Shown here: positions 1 to 8,209 of the stretch, piece after piece
Numbering within the stretch: the stretch's first letter is position 1
Layout: every line of letters begins with the position of its first letter
Origin: Octopus sinensis
Lineage: Eukaryota
DNA length: 11,990 bases
Assembly: GCF_006345805.1 (NCBI RefSeq)
Contig: NW_021826783.1
Coordinates: 1-11,990 of the forward strand
Direction of reading: 5' to 3'
Made by a program: the position numbers and the translations under genes
Notes under the pieces: generated by a model
Seen by the model: only the letters and a program-made list of their open reading frames with translations
What the model was told of the DNA's origin: nothing
Database searches by the model: none

Positions 1-28
1 GATAGATAGATAGATAGATAGATAGATA
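1..28. repeat. (GATA)n microsatellite, cut by the window edge
   Basis: Seven perfect GATA units from base 1. Confidence 0.97.
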
Positions 29-245
29 AGTTTCTTTATTGGCCACACAGGGCTGCACACAGATGGGACAAGTTACAAGGTAGAGCTTTTCTTTTGGGGG
101 ATGAAAAAAAAAAACAAAAACAAAAAAACAAAGGAAACAAAAAAAAGGTGGCGTAGGTTTTCGATCAAAAGGGATCGTAAAAGGGAAAAAATGAACAAAA
201 AAAAAAAAGGAAAAGGAACAAAAGAAAAGGGAAATGAAAAAAAAA
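29..245 (-). mobile_element. Probable 5'-truncated non-LTR retroelement 3' end (L1/Tx1-like) inside a GATA array
   Basis: The minus strand is a very T-rich segment ending ...GTGTGGCCAATAAAGAAAC, with AATAAA at 35-40, and runs directly into (TATC)n. GATA arrays lie on both sides (1-28 and 246-264). No ORF is visible, so the clade is inferred from 3'UTR style only. Confidence 0.5.
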
Positions 246-379
246 GATAGATAGATAGATAGATTTATATTATGTGTACTCACAATATGGTATATATGTG
301 CATTTATGAAGCGCACACATATATACAATATATAATTTATAATATATACATATATATATATAATGTGTGTGTGTGTGTG

Positions 380-415
<36 letters not shown>
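246..415. repeat. Compound microsatellite region: (GATA)n 246-264, (TA)n about 341-361, (TG)n about 364-415
   Basis: Directly visible simple repeats. Confidence 0.93.
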
Positions 416-416
<1 letters not shown>

Positions 417-466
417 TTTTGCCTATCTCCTTTTAACGAGAAAAGTTAATTTTGACCTAAAAATCT

Positions 467-715
467 TTGTCAAGCGATGTTGGGGGGACAAACACATACA
501 CACAAACACATACACACACACACATACACACATATATATATATATATATACATAACAGTCTTCTTTCAGTTTCCGTCTACCAAATCCACTCACAAGGCTT
601 TGGTCGGCCCGAGGTTATAGTAATAGACACTTGCCTAAGGTGCCTCGCAGTGGGACTGAACCCGGATCCATGTGGCTCGTAAGCAAGCTACTTACCACAC
701 AGCCACTCCTACGTC
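467..715 (-). mobile_element. tRNA-derived CORE-type SINE (family A) with internal microsatellite, 3' tail mostly missing
   Basis: Minus strand: A box TGGCTGTGTGG (695-705), B box GGTTCAGTCCC (652-662), then CACCTTAGGCAAGTGTC resembling the MIR/CORE domain. An internal CA/TA array (491-552) is followed by a short tail piece (467-490) homologous to about 1316-1346. Body is near-identical to 4415-4567. Confidence 0.9.
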
Positions 716-723
716 TATTTACT

Positions 724-990
724 TATGTTCCTTTGCATCCTGAATTTATAGTTTCCCCACCTGGACGGGACGCCGGTCGGTCGCAGGTGAGGTGCAAGAT
801 GCAGCAGGAGGAAGAGAGAGAGAAAGTTGTGGCAAAAAAGTCAGCAGAAGTTCGCCATTACCTTCTGCCGGAGTCGCGTGGAGCACAGGTGTTTCGCTCA
901 TAAACACACACATCGCCCGGTCTGTGATTCGAACCCGCAACCCCTCGACCGCGAGTTCGCTGCGCTAACCACTAGGCCATGTGCCTCCAC
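724..990 (-). mobile_element. tRNA-derived SINE (family B)
   Basis: Minus strand starts GTGGAGGCACATGGCCTAGTGG, with A box at 969-979 and B box GGTTCGAATCA at 925-935. Head and body align with the plus-strand copy at 2492-2769 (shared ACCGGGCG..GTGTGTGTTTA, GCCACAACTTTCTCTC). The tail is partly deleted, so the left boundary is approximate. Confidence 0.88.
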
Positions 991-1132
991 AGCTTCACGT
1001 ATACAGATTCATTTTCCTTATGCTGTCAGTTCACAGCTGGGTTTTACTTTACCTTATTCGCATTTCCAAGAGTAGTAAATAAACTTTTAGTTAATATGTA
1101 CCAGTAATCTTCTTGGCTTCAGTTCAATCGAC

Positions 1133-1537
1133 TATCTTTCAACTTTCATTTGTTTCAGTCATGGGACTACGTCAATGGTGAGGCACCGCCCTGAAGGGGT
1201 CTAGTTTAAGGAGTTTACACCAATATATTATATTTACGTTTAAACCTCTTACTCATCCTATAGATTCCTTATGTCGAACCACTAGATTACGGGGATGTAA
1301 ACAATCATACACCGGTTGTTAAACGGTCAGTTGGGGAGGGCACAAGCACACACACACATACATACATTATACTTATATATATATATACACACACACACAC
1401 GGCAAACTTCGTCCAGTTTCCGTCTTTGAAATACATGCAAATGGTTTTCGCCTTCTCGAGGCTAAAGTAGAGAACATTTGGTCACGGTGCCATGCAGCGG
1501 GACTGAACTCAGAGCCATGAGCCATGAGAAGCAAACT
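1133..1537 (-). mobile_element. Diverged near full-length family A SINE (tail, internal microsatellite, CORE-like body, truncated head)
   Basis: 1401-1537 aligns with 553-690 (CAGTTTCCGTCT, AAAGTAGAGAACA, GGGACTGAAC B box at 1499-1509). CA/TA array at 1347-1400. 1316-1346 aligns with 467-495. The A box is absent and GAGCCAT is duplicated near 1512-1526. The left boundary relies on my recollection of the family tail. Confidence 0.75.
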
Positions 1538-1965
1538 GCCGCAACAATATTCGGCCTTGGGCTAAAAAAGTCAAACACCTTTTTGTATACATAAAAAGTG
1601 AAAAGGTAAATTTCGAGAAGGACAGCGGACTTAAAATAACAACTTAAAACACAACATACATGTGTTTACATACACATAAACACACAGAGGATATATATGA
1701 GAATGTATGTTTAGTTACATAGCATAAGATCAAGCGTGTCTAAAGGAAAGGAAGAAAAAGGGGACACTGAAGAAAAGGAGATATAAGTAGGCTGACAACT
1801 AGACATTCTTCGAGGAGGACGGAAAGACAAACAGACGGACATGGAATTGTTTTCTCTAGCTGTTAAGAATAACACCTGACTAACACAGACGATCTCATAT
1901 ATATTGATTTAACATGGAGTCAAGCCTGGATAGTTACATACACCTTTGCAGGTTCGTAGGTAGGT

Positions 1966-2242
1966 AGAGAGGAAGAAAGTGGAGAGAGGGAGAGAGAAAG
2001 AGAGAAAGAGAGAATATCGGAGTGAAAGGCTGAAAAGCGTGTGGGAGTAATCTTGGATAGAATAGGGGTGTATAGGCAGAGGAAGATAGATAGATTGATG
2101 TATAGCTACTTCGGTAGGTTAATGTAGTTAAATGGATAGGTCTCCAGAGATAAAAAGAAAAATAGCTAAATAAATAGATATATGAAGGGATAGATATATA
2201 CATAAATAGAGAGAAAGACAGATACATAGACAGAGTGAGAAC

Positions 2243-2283
<41 letters not shown>
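1966..2283. repeat. Purine-rich (GA/GATA) low-complexity tract ending in about (GA)19 at 2246-2283
   Basis: Directly visible; explains ORF 1934..2323. Confidence 0.9.
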
Positions 2284-2286
<3 letters not shown>

Positions 2287-2365
2287 AGTAAAGGTACGGG
2301 TTAAAAGGTTGTAAGTAAAACAATGAACAAGTGACAGCCTAATGAGAGACGATTGTCACGACAAA

Positions 2366-2458
2366 GATGATGACGATGGTCATTATCATGATGGAGATAA
2401 CGATGACGACCACCACTACCACGATGATGATCCTGATAATGATGATAACAACGGCGAT
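2366..2458. repeat. Degenerate (GAT/GAC)n trinucleotide tract
   Basis: gatgatgacgatggt...gatgacgaccaccactaccacgatgatgat...; explains ORFs 2339..2560 and 2367..2585. Confidence 0.85.
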
Positions 2459-2491
2459 AATATATATTATCTGTCGCGTAAATGGTAAAAA

Positions 2492-2769
2492 GTGGAGGCG
2501 CAATGGCCCAGTGGTTAGGGCAGCGACTCGCGGTCGGAGGATCACAGTTTCGATTCCCACACCGGGCGTTGTGTGTGTTTATTGAGTGAAAACACTTAAA
2601 AAGCTTCATGAGGCTCCGGCGCGGGGTGCTGGTGACCTCTGTTTCGCCACAACTTTCTCTCACTCTCTATTCCTGTTTCTTGAGTAACGCTGCGATGGAC
2701 TGGGGGGAACACAGAAACCGGGAAACCGGGCCCATGAGCCTGGCTAGGCTTGAAAAGGGGGAGAAGAAG
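2492..2769 (+). mobile_element. Full-length family B SINE with 12-bp target-site duplication
   Basis: A box TGGCCCAGTGG (2504-2514), B box GTTTCGATTCC (2547-2557), tail GAAACCGGGAAACCGGGCCCATGAG, and a GAA-type end. Perfect TSD AAATGGTAAAAA at 2480-2491 and 2770-2781. Confidence 0.92.
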
Positions 2770-2870
2770 AAATGGTAAAAAAGGGAGCGAATTGAAATTA
2801 GTCACACGCTTAGATACACATTAACACACGGATGTAAATATACATACTGATTCATGTAAACAGATATAAT

Positions 2871-2985
2871 ACACACACACACACACATATAGATATATAT
2901 ATATATATATATAGATATATATATGGTGTGTGTGTGTGCATGGTTTTGTGTGTGTGTGTGTGATTGAGAATGTGTGTTTGTGTGT
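2871..2985. repeat. Compound (CA)/(TA)/(TG) microsatellite
   Basis: Directly visible. Confidence 0.92.
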
Positions 2986-3100
2986 ATTAAAGTTTATTTG
3001 CCAAATAACGTGGCTGTCCTGCATAGGACTATGTTACTACATTTTAATCCTAGGAAAAAATCTCTTCCCAGATGGTTTATTGACACATGGTCTGTGTCCG

Positions 3101-3236
3101 ATATATATATATATATATATATAGATATATATATATAGATACATATATATATGTTGTATGTATGGATTATTATATATATATGTATTGTATGTATGTATGT
3201 ATGTACGTATATATATATATACATATATATATATAT
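3101..3236. repeat. Compound (TA)/(TATG) microsatellite
   Basis: Directly visible. Confidence 0.93.
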
Positions 3237-3313
3237 TTGGGGTTCTCAGGTCTGCTCAGGACTTAGTGCTTGCTTTTTCCATGGGTATGAGTAAGTATTT
3301 CATTTATGTTTTA

Positions 3314-3384
3314 CGTAGTTATCGTTGAGGAGGGGAAAATTCTTATGAATTAACCCCGAAATTGGGATCAATACGGTAATAACG
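3314..3384 (+). ncRNA. Type I hammerhead ribozyme fold (C3U core variant)
   Basis: Helix I: CGTAGTTATCG (3314-3324) pairs with CGGTAATAACG (3374-3384), 10 of 11 pairs including two G-U. Core TTGAGGA (3325-3331) versus canonical CUGANGA. Helix II: GGGG/CCCC plus AATTC/GAATT around a TTAT loop (3332-3357). GAAA at 3358-3361. Helix III: TTG/CAA around GGAT. Cleavage triplet AUA, predicted cut after 3373. Confidence 0.8.
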
Positions 3385-3503
3385 GATTTTTTTAGAAATT
3401 TCTTTCGGCTAGTTTCGAGACGCTTAAATTATAATGATTATTGACAATTTTGTCTTTTTGGGCATATTTGGCATTAGAATTGTTCTTTTGCCCTTAATTT
3501 AAT

Positions 3504-3556
3504 TATATATATATATATGTTTGTATATATATATATATAGTTTGTATATATATATA
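3504..3556. repeat. Interrupted (TA)n microsatellite
   Basis: Directly visible. Confidence 0.92.
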
Positions 3557-3607
3557 CAAATCCTACTACCACATGTATGGCCAAATCCTACTACCACATG
3601 TATGGCC
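3557..3607. repeat. Perfect 25-bp tandem duplication
   Basis: CAAATCCTACTACCACATGTATGGC at 3557-3581 and 3582-3606. Confidence 0.97.
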
Positions 3608-3709
3608 TTCAAGCTGCAAAGTTTGCCCGCAGTTTCCAGAAGTTTCAAATAGCCGTTTGAATTGATCCTAAGCTCCTGTTCAAAGATGTAAGGTAGAATG
3701 ATGTCTTCA

Positions 3710-3711
<2 letters not shown>
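3557..3711 (-). pseudogene. Decayed Tc1/mariner transposase fragment (catalytic-domain region, probably DD37D/maT-like)
   Basis: Minus strand translates to DEDIILPYIFEQELRINSNGYLKLLET, resembling the GDxMPPxxFxxGLRxNxxxYxxxLETVV segment of these transposases. After a frameshift it reads R-P-Y-M-W-stop-stop-D-L-A, matching RPYVWQQDSA around the second catalytic Asp. No terminal inverted repeats. Family assignment is from memory. Confidence 0.8.
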
Positions 3712-3772
<61 letters not shown>

Positions 3773-3802
3773 ATATATGTGTGTGTATGTATGTATGTAT
3801 AT
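3712..3802. repeat. About (TA)27 followed by (TG)/(TATG) repeats
   Basis: Directly visible. Confidence 0.95.
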
Positions 3803-3944
3803 ATAATGCAATATAATGCACAGTTGACACATGCATAAACAGACATAGATAAACATAAACACACGCACACACATATGTATGCGTGGATACACACACGCAA
3901 CCGCACAAACACGTATATATCTGAAGAGGAGCACATGAAAAGGA

Positions 3945-3965
3945 GAGATAGAGGGAGAGAGAGAA

Positions 3966-3996
<31 letters not shown>

Positions 3997-4019
3997 AAGA
4001 GAGAGGAAGAGAGGAAGAG
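3945..4019. repeat. (GA)-rich microsatellite
   Basis: Directly visible. Confidence 0.92.
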
Positions 4020-4026
4020 ATTTAAT

Positions 4027-4155
4027 TCCGCGCCCAAATGTTTTCGGGTACGATTCTGGTGCACGATATTTTGGTTAAATGTCTTCTTCTGCTCTGACCT
4101 TAGATTGACGAATAACCTCTGAAGGGAGTTTTGCAGGCAAATTGTGTAGCAACTA
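4027..4155 (+). mobile_element. Old, heavily diverged family A-related SINE remnant
   Basis: ATGTTTTCGGGTACGATTC...TTTTGGTTAAATGTCTTCTTCT...TGACGAATAACCTCTGAAGGGAGTTTTGCAG...AAATTG is colinear with the reverse complement of 553-690 (ATGGATCCGGGTTCAGTCCC...CTTAGGCAAGTGTCTATTACT...CGACCAAAGCCTTGTGAGTGGATTTGGTAG...AAACTG). Identity is low and judged by eye. Confidence 0.5.
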
Positions 4156-4195
4156 TTGTTGAACAAACAAGTGCTGATACACACACAGAGGTATA

Positions 4196-4300
<105 letters not shown>

Positions 4301-4414
4301 ATATTACATAAATATACGCATTTATCTGTACTTATAGTATTACATACATACATGTGTATGTATATAGGTATCTCTCATTCTATCAATATATATTATATAT
4401 ATATATATATATAA

Positions 4415-4567
4415 TGACGGGCTTCTTTCAGTTTCCGTCTACCAAATCCACTTACAAGGCCGAAGGTTTAGTAGATGGCACTTGCCCAAGATGTCACGCA
4501 GTGGGACTGAACCTGAAACCATGTGATTGAGATGCAAGCTTCTTACCACACAGCCACTTCTACTCCT
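4415..4567 (-). mobile_element. Family A CORE-type SINE, head and body only
   Basis: A box at 4546-4556, B box at 4503-4513, CORE-like CATCTTGGGCAAGTGCC. Aligns with 553-715 apart from a roughly 10-bp deletion near 4460. Ends at a TA array. Confidence 0.9.
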
Positions 4568-4571
4568 ATAT

Positions 4572-4890
4572 GCACACACACACACATATATTATATAATT
4601 ACATATATATGCATATATATGCACCTATGTATATATATATATATATATATATATCTTATACTGTGCTAGCGACAGAAGTGGCGGTGATAGTGGTAGTGCT
4701 GGTGGTGGTGATGGTAGTGGTGGTTGGTTTTGAAAATGATGATTCTAATGAGAGTAAAGAAAAAAAGAAGAGATAAATTTGTGAGTCGTGAAAAGGTGTT
4801 TCACATGTGAAAGCGTGCCGTTGGCGTCAGTGCTTCTATGCTTTTGTGTGTGTGTGTGTATGTGTGTGTGTATGTGTGTGTGTGCATGTA

Positions 4891-4922
<32 letters not shown>

Positions 4923-4950
4923 CATGTATGTGTGTGTGTGTGTGTGTATG
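4572..4950. repeat. Microsatellite cluster: CA/TA (4572-4654), (GGT)n (about 4683-4724), (TG/TATG)n (4843-4950)
   Basis: Directly visible. Confidence 0.9.
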
Positions 4951-5079
4951 TGCTACAATAACACTTCTGATGACTGCTTAATAACCGGATGAAATGAAAA
5001 TCGGGTTGAAGAATAACAACATATAATTGGTTAACAGACGGTAAGACAATATGTATTGGAAGATTAATTTAAGGTAGGG

Positions 5080-5550
5080 ATAGAGAGGGGAGAGAAAGAG
5101 AGAATCGAAGAATGAGAAATAGTGATGAAGTGATGAAGAAGAAGAGAGCGATAAAGAAGGAGAGAGAGCGACAAACAGAGAGAAACGGGAAAACGGAGAG
5201 TCAAAATGTGAGGAACAGAGAGAAAGCAACGAAGCGAGAGAGAAAGCGATAAAAAAAGGAGAGAGGGTGAGAGAGATAGTGTAAATGAGAGACAGAGAGA
5301 GAACAGCAATGAGCGAGAAGCAGGGAGAGAGAAATCGACGAAGAGTGAGAAAGCAATAAGGAAGGAGAGAGAGAGAGAGTACGACAAATAGGGAGGGGAA
5401 AGAGGGCGATAAAAAGATGAGAGAGAGTGATAAACAAAGAGAGAGCAACAGAGAGAGAGAGAGAGAGAGAGATACAGGAATTGACAAAAAGGCAGAGAAA
5501 GAAGTAGAGAGTGAAGAGAGAAAAGCAAAGACAGAATGCAAAAGAGAGAA
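5080..5550. repeat. Long degenerate (GA)-rich polypurine tract
   Basis: Directly visible; explains the Leu/Ser/Phe-rich minus-strand ORFs 4978..5541 and 5064..5528. Confidence 0.9.
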
Positions 5551-5714
5551 AGAAAATATACTGTGTACGTAAGATGGAGTGTATTTTAGTAGGGAGATGG
5601 CGAAGGCATTTAAATAAATATTCTAAGGGGACAAAATGCATAAGGGCAAGTATGCAACCACGTCCACTAAATTCAAGGCGAAATATATATGTGTATGTAT
5701 GTATATATTTATAT

Positions 5715-5860
5715 ACCGGAGTAAACACATAAATGTGAAACAAGGTGGAAAAAAGAGTACCCAAATACCAGGGGTAGAGTAATATTTAAAAGCAGCAGAA
5801 ATTCAACAAAACCTGTAACTCGGAGTTTCACGCTCCCGTTCGTCGGACAGTTTTGTTAAA
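5715..5860 (-). mobile_element. Putative Penelope-like terminal-repeat (pLTR) or retrozyme fragment carrying a hammerhead
   Basis: The hammerhead at 5802-5860 is followed on the minus strand by about 90 nt that end at a TA/TATG array near 5685-5714. The Penelope link is inferred from the minimal type I architecture; no RT or GIY-YIG sequence is seen. Confidence 0.5.
5802..5860 (-). ncRNA. Minimal type I hammerhead ribozyme fold (U4C core variant)
   Basis: Minus strand: TTT-AACAAAA-CTGT | CCGACGA | ACG-GGAG-CGT | GAAA | CTC-C-GAG | TT | ACAG-G-TTTTGTT-GAA. Helix I has 14 pairs with one bulged G and one G-U. Helix II is 3 bp. Helix III is the near-palindrome ACTCCGAGT. Cleavage triplet GUU, predicted cut between 5817 and 5816. 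Confidence 0.82.
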
Positions 5861-6154
5861 ATAGAACCGATATGACAATTCTATGAAGACTAGTATAAAC
5901 GTTACACCTTTAAAAATGGAATTATTTGATTGGTCCTTTCAAATAAGGGTCATATGCGAGCGATAAACAAAAATGAGGTCAATATAAAATATAGAATTAT
6001 AAAAGTCGAGGAAAAACCTTAAATCTTTTGAGTGAATTGAATCAGGTAATCTGAAGATAATTTCAACTCACCACACAACTTCATAATTTGTCACGAAAAA
6101 TTTTTACCGGAAATGGAAAATTTAGCAGATACAAGAGAAATAAAAAGGACAAAA

Positions 6155-6388
6155 GATCCTGCCTGATCCATGTAGACTCATAGGACCGGTTTCCCTGTTT
6201 CCGTGGCGTATATAGTCTCAGTTTCAGGTCAGTCTCAGGTTTACTCGCTTTTGCCAGCTGAGTGGACAGGAGCTACGTGAAATGAAGTGTTTTGTTCAAG
6301 AAGACAACGCATTGCCTGGTCCAGGAATCGAAACTACAATCATACGTTCATGAATCCGAGATCCTAACCACCAAGCCAGGCACCTCAA
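6155..6388 (-). mobile_element. tRNA-derived SINE (family C head and body) with a family B-type tail
   Basis: A box TGGCTTGGTGG (6368-6378) and B box GTTTCGATTCC (6324-6334). The body TTCTTGAACAAAACACTTCATTTCACG...CCACTCAGCTGGCAAAAG differs from family B. The tail GCCACGGAAACAGGGAAACCGGTCCTATGAG (6178-6207) matches 2710-2737. Confidence 0.85.
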
Positions 6389-7032
6389 CACTAGAGAGAT
6401 AGAATTAAATAATTAACAAGAGAGTCAAATAACTCTGTTCGATATTTTGACCGTAGTTGATACTAAGAAAATAATTATATTCGACAATAACGAGAATAAG
6501 ACTCGGGCACTAAGAAACTATACAGTAAATAAAAAAAAAACAAAGGTGAAACTAAGCAAGGGTCGGTCCTCACTCGAGAAAAAGATAAAAACACTCATAT
6601 TATACGTTCACTTTAATAACTCTTCCGGTTAACTATTTGGATCAGTACTAGTTCATTCGTGTTAAACGTGGACTAATTCACGTTGGCGAGGGGAAAATAC
6701 AACGTGTCTATTTGTGATGTCAGCCATGTTTGTAAACGCTGGCTGTATATTAGAGATTAAACCGTGAAGAATGATGATCTTCCATGATAAATTACGAGCT
6801 CCGAATTCTGAGGCAAAATTCTTTGTAATCTGTTTATACATCCATTAAGGTTTCTTTGTCTTTCTTTCGAGATTATCATCTTACTTTGTATCTGGATTAA
6901 TTTCGAGCACCTAATGAATAAGTTGACCTATGTTAAGGATTAGTTCGAAAATGTTTTTGTAAAATGTGCGGGAATGGACGTAGAAAAATATTTATATTTC
7001 TTTTAGTGATGCAATGCCAACTTACAACATAT

Positions 7033-7242
7033 ATTTTCTACTTTAGCCACAAGGCCCTAAATGTTTGGAGAGGGGGCCAGTCGATTAGATCGACCAAGTA
7101 CGCAACAGGTACTTAATTTATCAACCCCGAAAGGATGAAAGGTAAAGTCGACCTCGGCGGAATTTTTCTCAGAATGTAAAGACACGAAATACTGCTAAGC
7201 CTTTCACCCAGCGTGCTAACGTTTCTGCCAGCTCGCCGCCTT
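7033..7242 (-). mobile_element. Full-length SINE (family D) with perfect 15-bp target-site duplication
   Basis: Minus strand starts AAGGCGGCGAGCTGGCAGAAACGTTAGC (A-box-like), with a decayed B box (GAGAAAAATTCC). Central GAGGTCGACTTTACCTTTCATCCTTTCGGGGTTGATAAATTAAGTACC recalls Deu/Nin-type SINE domains (from memory). TSD CAACTTACAACATAT at 7018-7032 and 7243-7257. Confidence 0.9.
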
Positions 7243-7966
7243 CAACTTACAACATATCTTGCCAACATCTTTTGTAACCAGATCGCTGTATTTTTAGGTG
7301 TTAATGTTTTGTTGTTGTTTTAGTTGTTGAGCTTCCTTCGTTGACTCGCTATTAAATCACAGACATGAATTACTTTGCAATGACAAATCAAAAACTATAA
7401 TTGCCAGACACTGGGGGTTTTTTGTGTTAGTACCATCGTAAATCTATATGATTTTAGTTTGTTATACAGCCTATGTCCGAAATAGGAAAGATGGCTCAAC
7501 TTCGGAAATAGTGGGTGACAGTGTTGAATAGAATTCCTGAATCATGTATGATGCTGGTATTTAATGATAGTCAGATAAATACCATTTCCCGAAGAATCCT
7601 GAATGGTTTGAAATATCACGTTGAATAGAAACAACAAACATATAGACATAAGTGAATAGAACTGAAATGGCATGTGGAGTGGAAGAGAATAAAATCCAGG
7701 TTAATCTCAGCAGAAAACTTTAGCATTTTTTTGGTTGCCTAAAATCTTGCACTTTGGATGCACATCACAGACCCATACTCGCAGACGCATAGATTAAGCA
7801 ATTGTGTGGATTAGAAGTGGATAAATCCAACAAAATTTTGTAGAAAGTTTCAACAACATTTGTTTTGTTTTCTTGGAAACAATCCTTTTTAAAGTTTAAA
7901 GATTGATTATTTTTTCTTACTCCTTGATTTTCGGCCATTTTTTCATTAACATACTAAATGTACTCT

Positions 7967-7998
7967 TTAGAGCTTGAAATATATTAGAGCTTGAAATA
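7967..7998. repeat. 15-bp direct repeat with 2-nt spacer
   Basis: TTAGAGCTTGAAATA at 7967-7981 and 7984-7998. Confidence 0.95.
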
Positions 7999-8157
7999 GA
8001 TTCAGGTGGAGCTGGAAAATGCCTTACCAGAAACAGGTTTTGTTATACTTGAAGCAGTCACTATTTACTGATGCCAGTTTTTTTTTCTTCTCAAAATTGA
8101 GATCGTGATCCTTCCTATGTGTGTCATGTCGTCTCAATAGATTGAAATTGCCTGTAA

Positions 8158-8209
8158 TTTTATTTTTTTATTTTTATTTATTTATTTATTTATTTATTTG
8201 TTTATTTAT
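8158..8209. repeat. (TTTA)n microsatellite
   Basis: Directly visible. Confidence 0.92.

Noticed and set aside
900-990. tRNA genes at the A/B-box-containing heads (also 2492-2570 and 6310-6388)
   Set aside because: No complete cloverleaf or acceptor stem, and each continues into a shared SINE body.
3400-3465. Possible antisense hammerhead (minus strand GAAACTAGCC)
   Set aside because: No CUGANGA-like core or helix II upstream, and U16.1 is missing.
3557-3607. CRISPR-like repeat
   Set aside because: Two abutting units with no spacer, in eukaryotic DNA with no cas genes.
3921-3950. CTGAAGA...GAAA hammerhead-like spacing
   Set aside because: No helix II, III or I pairing can be formed.
4967-5012. 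Perfect CTGATGA core followed by GAAA motifs
   Set aside because: No convincing helix II, only about 3 bp of helix I, and the would-be cleavage base is G.
6051-6100. CTGAAGA core motif
   Set aside because: No correctly placed GAAA or supporting helices.
7459-7531. Possible acceptor TTATACAG followed by a short open frame YVRNRKDGSTSEIVGDSVE
   Set aside because: Short, unrecognised peptide with no supporting neighbouring exon.
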